Shown here one piece after another: positions 49,679 through 57,936 of a DNA stretch of 64,000 nt (its first letter is position 1; each line of letters starts with the position of its first letter). This DNA is from a virus. Made by a program: the position numbers and the translations under genes. The stretch is taken from the IMG/VR virus record IMGVR_UViG_3300027736_000035, positions 20,994 through 84,993 of that record. One strand, 5' to 3'. The notes below the pieces were generated by a model. The model was not told the origin of the DNA. It searched no databases and saw only the letters and a list, made by a program, of their open reading frames with translations.

Positions 49679-50843
49679 AAAGTTGAGTGAGTAAAGTATT
49701 TAATCTATCCGTTTTTTTGCTTAAAAATAACTGTTGATTGTGCTCAATGTCAGCTCGACATTGTTCAAACATTTGGGCCAAGCAAGGCCTTGCCTGTTGT
49801 ATTGATGCCAATAATTTTTGCCATCTTGCAGTGGAATTGGTTTCCAAATCATATGAGTTGTCCAACACATGGTCAAATGTTTTGTAACCCAACTGTCGTA
49901 AGGTTTGCAAACTACCTGCACACCCTGCTATAAAAAACATTTGGCCATGTTTGACAGGTTTAAAAGTTTTTTCAGTTAGGAAAACACCACCACTTTGATC
50001 AGCATCAAAATGTGTCTCCACTACGATATTACAATAGCTGTTGGTATGATAGTCGGGCTCAGTTTGGCTGTGATCATTGCGTTGTTGATTGGTTAATGCA
50101 TCGGCCAAGTAAGGTGCCTGTTCTAAAAATTGTTCAGTGGCTGACCGTAACCCAGTTAGCGAATCAATCTCAATGGGATTATCGTTGTCAAGACCGCCGG
50201 GTTCGCAATAACTCCAGAGGCTGTTGTTCAACAGTGATTGCCGATGCAAGTCAGCCATTATAGTAGCCCGCCAACTCTTATGCAATCTATTCAACACTGT
50301 AAAATCATATTGTCTTTTGTTACCATGCACCGCTAGTGCTGCAATATCTGAATTGCGTTGGTAATACCACAGTTCAAAATCGGTGAAATAAACAAATCCA
50401 GGAAGTTTTGCAGCAGCAGTATTGGCACTTACAAAACGATAGCAGTCAGCAGGCATAAGGTGATCTTCGGCCAATTGATCCAGTCGGTGTTTTATACGTT
50501 CAGGGTTGTCGCCTTCGTGATAGCAAAACAAAATTTGTAACCGATCTTCACGAAGTTTTTTACGAATTTCTGGAGTCAGCAGTGAAAAATAATCAATGGC
50601 AAAATCAAAAAAACCCAGTGCTATTGGATAGTAAGTGTTGACAGGCAGCGGATCGTCGATGTTGTAGATATTGATCTTGACACCATGATAATCGCAGTAT
50701 TCCTGCAATCTCAAAGGAATTGTGCAAGGATAATGCGATTCAAATTCTCGCCATTCTTGGGTGTACGGTTGTGCCTGCCATGTTGCCAATGCAGGATATA
50801 TTTTACCGTGAATTGTCAGGTCCGCAACTAGGTTCAATTCCAT
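49665..50843 (-). CDS. GT10/GT-B-like glycosyltransferase paralogue 6
   Basis: LNRLHKSWR ... IVVET...FLTEKTFKPVKHGQMF..G..LRQLGYKTF..LDNSYD. Likely start is ATG 50843. Confidence 0.6.
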   Translation of the reverse strand: MELNLVADLTIHGKIYPALATWQAQPYTQEWREFESHYPCTIPLRLQEYCDYHGVKINIYNIDDPLPVNTYYPIALGFFDFAIDYFSLLTPEIRKKLREDRLQILFCYHEGDNPERIKHRLDQLAEDHLMPADCYRFVSANTAAAKLPGFVYFTDFELWYYQRNSDIAALAVHGNKRQYDFTVLNRLHKSWRATIMADLHRQSLLNNSLWSYCEPGGLDNDNPIEIDSLTGLRSATEQFLEQAPYLADALTNQQRNDHSQTEPDYHTNSYCNIVVETHFDADQSGGVFLTEKTFKPVKHGQMFFIAGCAGSLQTLRQLGYKTFDHVLDNSYDLETNSTARWQKLLASIQQARPCLAQMFEQCRADIEHNQQLFLSKKTDRLNTLLTQLYEHY

Positions 50844-51954
50844 CCAACATCTCCTGTAGCTCTTGCCATAACACAGCTTCAAATCCGCCATTGTAAAAAT
50901 GATTCCAATTGTGTTCAATGACTTCTTGTGCCATGTCAAATAGATCTTGTTTGCCCGAAGTTGGCAATTCGTCTAGGCTGCGTAACAAGCTGGCGATACG
51001 AGCAATACGATCTTGGTCCTCAGCTTGATCGTAACTTTCGTCCCATATGTGCCCAAACGTACGAAATCCATAACTACGCAAATATTCAAGACTGCCTCGG
51101 GTGCCTACTATAACAAAAGGCATGCCTAATGCAATAGGTTTGAATGTTTTTTCAGTTAAATGCCATCGTCGTCCAGTGGCAACAGTTTCGGTCACTAGAT
51201 ATAACAAACTTTCAGCAGACTCGTCAAACAGACTTAACCAACAACTGTGCATGGGATGGTCAGTTTCGTTAGCAAAGTTAATTGGTAATGCTTGTTCTGC
51301 AAATACTGATTCAATATCTGGATATTTGTATTTCAACAGTTTAATAGCGTCATGTATACTAATATTTTCTGCCGGACACACACTAGGACAACTAATATGA
51401 TTGTGTGTCATGTTGTTTTTAAATATATGATACAGCATCTCTAATCTGTGCTGCCGCTTGCCAGCCACAATTCTATTAGGAGCAATAAACGTTTGTTTTA
51501 TTGTGCGATTTTTAATTGGTTTAATCAAAAACGTTTTATCGTATCCTCGGTACCAATCCAATGCTGCCCAGCCATGGAAAAAATAGTACGCACTTTTCCA
51601 TTTGAATTTTTCACATACAGCCTCAACATTTTCACTGTTATATTCACTAGTCAGCAAAATACCTGCGCTATAATGGTGTTGAAATTTAAGAAAACTAGTG
51701 GCACCATCATGCGTGATATCTAAATTGTAGTCGCGCACCTTGAAAAAAGTTTCCATGTGTATGTCCAAATGTATTGGCTCTTGGTCAAAAAAGAATATAT
51801 AATTGTATTCTTGTATATCATTTCTACCATAATTAATCACACTGTCTGGGTCGCTACGACCAAACGGGTCACACATGAACATTCGGAATCCGGGCCGATT
51901 GTCGCGCAACCATGGCCAAAAAGTATTATTATAAATCTCGTCTATTCTTATCAT
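50803..51954 (-). CDS. GT10/GT-B-like glycosyltransferase paralogue 7
   Basis: PNR...RQHR ... LVTET...LTEKTFKPIALGMPFVIVG..LRSYGFRTF..WDESYD. Confidence 0.6.
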   Translation of the reverse strand: MIRIDEIYNNTFWPWLRDNRPGFRMFMCDPFGRSDPDSVINYGRNDIQEYNYIFFFDQEPIHLDIHMETFFKVRDYNLDITHDGATSFLKFQHHYSAGILLTSEYNSENVEAVCEKFKWKSAYYFFHGWAALDWYRGYDKTFLIKPIKNRTIKQTFIAPNRIVAGKRQHRLEMLYHIFKNNMTHNHISCPSVCPAENISIHDAIKLLKYKYPDIESVFAEQALPINFANETDHPMHSCWLSLFDESAESLLYLVTETVATGRRWHLTEKTFKPIALGMPFVIVGTRGSLEYLRSYGFRTFGHIWDESYDQAEDQDRIARIASLLRSLDELPTSGKQDLFDMAQEVIEHNWNHFYNGGFEAVLWQELQEMLDGIEPSCGPDNSR

Positions 51955-54900
51955 GTTTGATGTTTTTTATTCCGGAATCCGGCCCAATTTGTTTGCACAC
52001 GAGCAGGCAGTGGAGTCTATTGAGCAAGCACAGCAGCTGAGCCGCACTCGTTTTTTCTGGTTTGTAAATTACTTATCTGACTGTACTGGTTTTGATTTTC
52101 TTTGGGAACCTGTATCCTGGCAAGCACATCAACGACATGCCTGGCATGACCAATATGAGATTGATGCGGGGGTGTACCTTGTGCCCAAAGATGGATACAC
52201 AGATACAAATTATCATACTGATCATGTGATACACAGACTGCCCAACGTTGATTTTTGGCACATACCCAAATGGATTGATCCTGCCAGTATAAACTATAGA
52301 TGGGCACCTAACCCTACAGATCCTCCTTATATATATGAGTTTCCTGTAGAATGGGATTGGGATAGGGCAGGTGGTCCTGAATATAGAATTCCGGGAGCAA
52401 CAGAACGCAAGTACATGACGGTGTTTGTTACTAGTACACAGTCAGATCGACAAGACTGGCAAGTACACGACAATGTAGACTGCAACGACCCGGTATTCAA
52501 CTGGCACCCAAATCCATTTGATCCGCCGATGATATATGTTTTTGGCAACCAACACTGGCCTGCAGAAGCACGTGCCAGTGTAGAATATCATGTGCCTGGC
52601 GCCACCGTAAAAAAATACATGGATAACATTCGAACTGTGCGATTGCCCAGCAAGGATCAGTTCACTTGTTTATATCCTTGTAATTTTGATTGGTCATGGG
52701 AACCAGACCCAGGCAGCCCGCCCTATATCTATGTGTTTGGCAATCAATGGTGGTCAGCTGAAAAAATGCCCACGGTAGAATATCACATGCCTGGCGCAAC
52801 AGAACGCAAGTACATGACTCAGCCTGCACGTTTATTGCCTGCATACGAAAATTGGGTCATTCCCAGCACAGTGGACTACAACAGTGTGGATTTTTCTTGG
52901 CAACCTGATCCAGGAGACACACCATACATCTATGAGTTTGCCACACAATGGCAACCCAATGGAGGTGCTGTGTACACTGTGCTGGGTGCAACAGAACGCA
53001 AGTATGTGAACATACAGCATTGTAGATTGTCTGACACAACAAACTGGACAGTATCTGACTATGTCGACCCCGACAGTGTTGATTGCTCTTGGCACCCGGA
53101 CAACACAGAACAACCATACATCTATGAGTTTGCCACACAATGGCAATCCAACGGTGGTGCTGTGTACACTGTACCCGGTGCAACAGAACGCAAGTATGTG
53201 GACATACAGCATTGTAGATTGCCCAATAAATCTGCTTTTAGATTGCTGGAATACATTGGCAAATTTGATTATTCGTGGCATCCGGACAACACAGAGCCAG
53301 CCTACAACTATGTGTTTGGCAATCAGCATTGGCCTGGCACAGACATGCCCACGGTCATGTATGAAATGCCTGGCAGCACTCATGAAAAATTTGTGGATAG
53401 TCCGGTTGCTCGGCTGGGCAGTTGTATGGGCAACTGGAGACTGTTTGAAGACATTGACGACAGTGTCTGGGATTGGACCTGGCAGCCAAACCCCCAGGAT
53501 CCTCCTTACATCTATGTGTTTGGCAATCAATGGAATCCGCCAGAATACAAGGTCAGCATACAGTATGAAGTAGAGGGTGCAACAGAGATCAAGTACATGG
53601 ATCAACGCACACGCAGACTTCCGCAGCCGCAATTGTTTGGACATAATTTAGCAGTAAGTGAGTTTGATTATTCTTGGGAACCAAATCCGTTTGATCCACC
53701 AATGATGTATGTGTTTGGCAATCAATGGAACTCGGCTGTGCTAGAACCCACAATAGTGTACAATGCTGGCGGTACTGAGATCAAGTACGTTGATGACATC
53801 ATAGCCAAAGTAGCACAAGATATGAGTGTGTGGGAATCATTGGATGACATTGAAGAATTTGATTACTCTTGGAGACCTGATCCTACGGATCCTCCTTATA
53901 TCTATGTGTTTGGTAATCAATGGCTTACCCCAGAACAACGTCCTGCACTAAGATATTGTGTAGCAAACGCAACAGAAATCAAATACATGGATCATCCGCG
54001 AGCAAAACGTCGTGGTGATCACACACGCTTTGTTCAACATTATCCTGTGGCATTTGATTGGTCGTGGGAACCCGAACCTGGTAGCCCACCTTATAATTAT
54101 GTGTTTGGTAATCAGTACTACAGTGCAGAAGTCATGCCCACGGTTGAATACCGCATGAGCACAGCCACCGAACGCAAGTACATGGATATCCCTGCACAGT
54201 TATTACCCAATCATAGCGATCATTGGCATACGCTTGTTGACTGTGAGTGGGACTATACTTGGAGACCTGAACCGGGCAGCCCGCCTTACATGTATGTGTG
54301 GGGCAATCAATGGTGGTCAGCTGAAAAGATGCCCACTGTGGAGTATCACATGCCTGGCGCCACAGAACGCAAGTACATGTCCGCGCCCTCGGCAAACTTG
54401 TTAATTGACATGACCAATTGGCATGTGCCTGAACATGTCAACGTAACTGACATGGATTTTTCTTGGGTTCCGGACCCAGGCGAACCTCCTTACATATACC
54501 AGTTTGCCACACAACATCAAAAGACTGGTGGACCGCAGTATCGAATGCCCAATGCAATTGAATTCAAGTATGTGGACATGATGCGAGCCGAAGTTAAAAA
54601 GGAAGCCGCACCTGTGTTTGAAATTGATCACCTAGATAACAATGCAGGCCAAATTCCCAATGTGATCAAGAAGATTCGTTATTTTGACAACTACCGCGAT
54701 ACTCTGATACGCCTGGCCCGAAGTCTAGTAGGTGAATACGAGCATGTATGGGTATGTTCCAGCATCTGTGACTATACCAACTTTGACTTTTCATGGCACC
54801 CGGAAATCTGGCAGAGCACCATGCTGCATGTGTTTGCCAGCAATGAACAAAAATTTGGTGACACGTTCTACATGCATGTGCCTAGCTTTGCTGAACGCGC

Positions 54901-55933
54901 CGAGAAGAAACAGTTATTAGAGTGGTACAGTGTAAACTATGTGTCACGTTGTCCGGTACCACGCAGACGCATGCCTGTTATAGAACACAATCATGACAGT
55001 CAAATTGAAGCAGTTGAGTCAACTGAATGGGCAGGGCCACTGGCATTGTTCACTACCAATGGTGAACCTATGACTGTTCCAGCTGTGAATTTATGGCGCT
55101 CAGAAACCAAAACAATAATACCACTGAGTTTAGGAGCAAGTACAGTGGTGGTACCACGTGTGGCTGTGCCGCACATTAAGACACAACTATACGATTATTT
55201 GCACATTGACAAAACGCAACAAAAGCGACACAGCGATGCCAACTTGGATATAGTGTTCATCTCCAATGGAGAACCCAATGCTGAGCAGAATTTCAAACGA
55301 TTAAATTTACTACCTAACGCTAAAGCAAATCGACTTGTACGAGTAGACAACATCAACGGTCGTGCATCAGCATATCATGCAGCAGCTCGAGCCAGTACCA
55401 CGCCATGGTTCTTTGCTGTGTTTGCTAAACTACAAGTAGATATTGATTTTGATTGGACTTGGCAACCTGATCGCATGCAACAGGCCAAGCACTATATCTT
55501 TCATGCCCAGAATCCTGTAAATGGGTTGGAGTATGGTCATCAGGCCATGATTGCTTACAACCGACAATTGGTGTTGGACAATCCGGGTGTTGGATTGGAC
55601 TTCACACTAGATTCACCACATGAAGTGGTTCCTATCTTGAGTGGGATAGCACACTACAACACCTCACCGTGGTCAAGCTGGCGAACAGCATTCCGTGAAT
55701 GTATCAAATTGAAAGCCAGTTTACCTGATGTGGAAAATGAATACCGTCTAAATAAATGGCTTGATGTCAACAGTGACGAAGCAGATCCGCAGTGGAGTCG
55801 ACTTGGTGCCGAAGATGCCGTAGAGTACTATGATCAAGTCAATGGTGACTTTGATCAACTAAAGAAAAGTTATGAGTGGGATTGGTTGGCCAGTTATGCA
55901 TTTTTCAAACGCAATCTAACAACCAATCAATAG
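51953..55933 (+). CDS. 1326-aa protein with 12 Trp/Pro-rich repeats and a C-terminal GT-A-like domain
   Basis: Repeated FDWSWxPxPxxPPYIYVFGNQW...GATERKY units. The C-terminus is paralogous to ORF 31566-32489. Confidence 0.8.
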   Translation: MFDVFYSGIRPNLFAHEQAVESIEQAQQLSRTRFFWFVNYLSDCTGFDFLWEPVSWQAHQRHAWHDQYEIDAGVYLVPKDGYTDTNYHTDHVIHRLPNVDFWHIPKWIDPASINYRWAPNPTDPPYIYEFPVEWDWDRAGGPEYRIPGATERKYMTVFVTSTQSDRQDWQVHDNVDCNDPVFNWHPNPFDPPMIYVFGNQHWPAEARASVEYHVPGATVKKYMDNIRTVRLPSKDQFTCLYPCNFDWSWEPDPGSPPYIYVFGNQWWSAEKMPTVEYHMPGATERKYMTQPARLLPAYENWVIPSTVDYNSVDFSWQPDPGDTPYIYEFATQWQPNGGAVYTVLGATERKYVNIQHCRLSDTTNWTVSDYVDPDSVDCSWHPDNTEQPYIYEFATQWQSNGGAVYTVPGATERKYVDIQHCRLPNKSAFRLLEYIGKFDYSWHPDNTEPAYNYVFGNQHWPGTDMPTVMYEMPGSTHEKFVDSPVARLGSCMGNWRLFEDIDDSVWDWTWQPNPQDPPYIYVFGNQWNPPEYKVSIQYEVEGATEIKYMDQRTRRLPQPQLFGHNLAVSEFDYSWEPNPFDPPMMYVFGNQWNSAVLEPTIVYNAGGTEIKYVDDIIAKVAQDMSVWESLDDIEEFDYSWRPDPTDPPYIYVFGNQWLTPEQRPALRYCVANATEIKYMDHPRAKRRGDHTRFVQHYPVAFDWSWEPEPGSPPYNYVFGNQYYSAEVMPTVEYRMSTATERKYMDIPAQLLPNHSDHWHTLVDCEWDYTWRPEPGSPPYMYVWGNQWWSAEKMPTVEYHMPGATERKYMSAPSANLLIDMTNWHVPEHVNVTDMDFSWVPDPGEPPYIYQFATQHQKTGGPQYRMPNAIEFKYVDMMRAEVKKEAAPVFEIDHLDNNAGQIPNVIKKIRYFDNYRDTLIRLARSLVGEYEHVWVCSSICDYTNFDFSWHPEIWQSTMLHVFASNEQKFGDTFYMHVPSFAERAEKKQLLEWYSVNYVSRCPVPRRRMPVIEHNHDSQIEAVESTEWAGPLALFTTNGEPMTVPAVNLWRSETKTIIPLSLGASTVVVPRVAVPHIKTQLYDYLHIDKTQQKRHSDANLDIVFISNGEPNAEQNFKRLNLLPNAKANRLVRVDNINGRASAYHAAARASTTPWFFAVFAKLQVDIDFDWTWQPDRMQQAKHYIFHAQNPVNGLEYGHQAMIAYNRQLVLDNPGVGLDFTLDSPHEVVPILSGIAHYNTSPWSSWRTAFRECIKLKASLPDVENEYRLNKWLDVNSDEADPQWSRLGAEDAVEYYDQVNGDFDQLKKSYEWDWLASYAFFKRNLTTNQ
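52240..54585 (+). repeat. Intragenic array of 12 ~64-66-aa repeats
   Basis: Twelve W-x-P-x(5)-[PA]-[YM]-x-Y-x-[FW] cores counted. Adjacent units at 52921 and 53113 (192-nt period) are near-identical in DNA. Confidence 0.85.
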
Positions 55934-55975
55934 TGTTATCTAAGTGACTTATTTGATCTGACGTTTGATATCCAG

Positions 55976-55981
55976 TAAATA
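55976..55981 (+). promoter_or_regulatory. Late promoter-like motif (GTAAATA)
   Basis: GTAAATATCTGATATG: TAAATA six nt before ATG 55988. Confidence 0.45.
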
Positions 55982-55987
55982 TCTGAT

Positions 55988-56842
55988 ATGACATGTTCTA
56001 GACTTTTTACTTTTGGGTGCAGTTTGACTAGATATCACTACCCAACCTGGGCCGATATTATAGGTAGAAATTTTTCTGAATTCCAAAATTGGGGCAAAGC
56101 TGGAGCAGGAAATAATTTCATATCAAATTCTTTGAATGAGTGCAATCTAAGAAATAAACTAGGATCAGACGATACTGTGATAATCATGTGGACCGGACTG
56201 TCTCGGATTGATTACTATCAAATCGACCACTGGTGTCATGTACATAATCAGTACTATGATTTGGAATCAACGGAACGTCCATATTCATGCCCGCTGGGTT
56301 ATGAAATGTTGTCCTATGCATGGATGGCATCGGTCGTGCATATCCTGAATCACACAGGCTGCCGATGGAAAATGTTCCAGTGGAATCAACCTGAATTATA
56401 TTCGGATGCGGTTGCTTTGTACCAACCACTGCTGAACAACATAGTTTATGCTCCGTTTGACAACAATCCTCGCCCTTATACATTGAGTCCAAAATTCAAG
56501 ATAGAAGTAGATAATTTGTTCCGTCGTCTTAGAGGTGAAGATTGGCCTGCGTTAGAATCTATAATAGATGAATCTTTTGAATCGTTGCCGTTGACCGACT
56601 TTATTAAAAATGAATGCAGAGAGTTTCTAACAACAGTAAAAAAAGATCGAAGTATTTCTTCAAACCTGTTTGATAAAATTGATACACATCCTAGTCCTAA
56701 CACACATCTGCAATGGGTTGAAAAAAATCTCTCTGAATATCTAATCAACGAAACAACCAAACAATGGATCAATCATATAGACGATTGTCTACGTGACAAG
56801 AAAATCTATGTGTTTGATGCCAATAATCCTATTAGATTTTAA
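55988..56842 (+). CDS. SGNH/GDSL-like hydrolase or acyltransferase
   Basis: FTFGCSLT (block I), NWGKAGAGN (block II) and C-terminal DTHPS (DxH). Confidence 0.65.
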   Translation: MTCSRLFTFGCSLTRYHYPTWADIIGRNFSEFQNWGKAGAGNNFISNSLNECNLRNKLGSDDTVIIMWTGLSRIDYYQIDHWCHVHNQYYDLESTERPYSCPLGYEMLSYAWMASVVHILNHTGCRWKMFQWNQPELYSDAVALYQPLLNNIVYAPFDNNPRPYTLSPKFKIEVDNLFRRLRGEDWPALESIIDESFESLPLTDFIKNECREFLTTVKKDRSISSNLFDKIDTHPSPNTHLQWVEKNLSEYLINETTKQWINHIDDCLRDKKIYVFDANNPIRF

Positions 56843-57936
56843 CCTTCTTGGGTGCAATCGAGCACTTGGTCGATCACATATTCAACTTCCAGATCTGTAA
56901 GTTCAGGATACAAAGGCAGTGTGAGGCATCGACGAGCCAGGCTACTGGCCACACTCAGCAGGCCTGGCCCAGGCAGATCTTCGTATGCAGCCAATTCGTG
57001 CAATGGATTCTGATAGTGTATCTTTGTTTTAATACCCAGGTCAGCCAGTTTCTGCTGTAATGTATCACGGTCATCAACATCAATCACAAATTTGTGGAAG
57101 CTGTGGGTGTCAAAGTTGGTATAGTCGATCAAGCATCGCACTCGTGTATCATCTGCAAGTTGAGACCACCAGTGTGCGGCTATGTTTTTTCTACGCAGTT
57201 GCCATTCATCGATGTAGCGTGTTTTGACCATCATTTGAGCACAGTCTACTTCACTCATGCGTGAGTTAGTGCCTGTGTGTGCATGATTAGATCTTTTACC
57301 GTTGTCACACCAGTTACGTGCATAGTCACTTAGATTGCGATCGTTGGTAACAACAGCACCACCGTTGCCGTAGTTGTTTAGATTTTTCATAGGATCAAAA
57401 CTAATGGCACTAGCTTCACCCACCCGATGGCAACGGTCTGATAACCAGTGCTGTGCTGCATCTTCGATGATACAGAGGCCACTACGACGTAGACTGTTGG
57501 ACAATGCTGCGCCATACAATCCAATGCCAAGTATAGCTTGATAATTCAGATCCGGTGGTATATCTCTAAATTGCATGTTGCCATATGCATCAGTATCAAT
57601 CAAGTGTATGTTCCATCCTGCTCGTACAAATGCATTTGCACTGGCAGGAAATGTCATAGCAGGGATCAATACTGTGGGCGGTGTTGGCTGGGGATGCAGG
57701 CCATGCTCCGTGCGGTAATAGCCAGCCAGTATCTCTAGGGCCTGTGTACCTGAGTGACACAGTACTGCATAATTTGTATGATTCTTTGCTGCCAACCATT
57801 CCTCAAACTGTTGAGTGAATTGGCCGTTCATGAGATTACCAGATGTCAGAACCTGGTCCGTAACATCCAGTATCTCTTCTCGTAGGTTGTTATATTGTCT
57901 TGGGAGCCCAGTAAAGGCTATTTTTAAACCATGCAT
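56839..57936 (-). CDS. DegT/DnrJ/EryC1/StrS PLP-dependent sugar aminotransferase
   Basis: SGTQALE, TFPASANA, IIEDAAQH, SFDPMKNL (PLP lysine), GTNSRM and LTLPLYPEL. Likely start is ATG 57936. Confidence 0.92.
   Translation of the reverse strand: MHGLKIAFTGLPRQYNNLREEILDVTDQVLTSGNLMNGQFTQQFEEWLAAKNHTNYAVLCHSGTQALEILAGYYRTEHGLHPQPTPPTVLIPAMTFPASANAFVRAGWNIHLIDTDAYGNMQFRDIPPDLNYQAILGIGLYGAALSNSLRRSGLCIIEDAAQHWLSDRCHRVGEASAISFDPMKNLNNYGNGGAVVTNDRNLSDYARNWCDNGKRSNHAHTGTNSRMSEVDCAQMMVKTRYIDEWQLRRKNIAAHWWSQLADDTRVRCLIDYTNFDTHSFHKFVIDVDDRDTLQQKLADLGIKTKIHYQNPLHELAAYEDLPGPGLLSVASSLARRCLTLPLYPELTDLEVEYVIDQVLDCTQEG

Noticed and set aside
52832-53644. 270-aa antisense ORF and other alternative-frame ORFs in the repeat gene
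   Set aside because: A by-product of the tandem repeat; the plus frame carries the conserved repeat motif.
52240-54585. Repeats considered as a CRISPR array or DGR template/variable repeats
   Set aside because: The units are in-frame protein repeats with mostly synonymous differences, not adenine-specific ones. There is no constant repeat-spacer structure and no cas or reverse transcriptase gene in the window.
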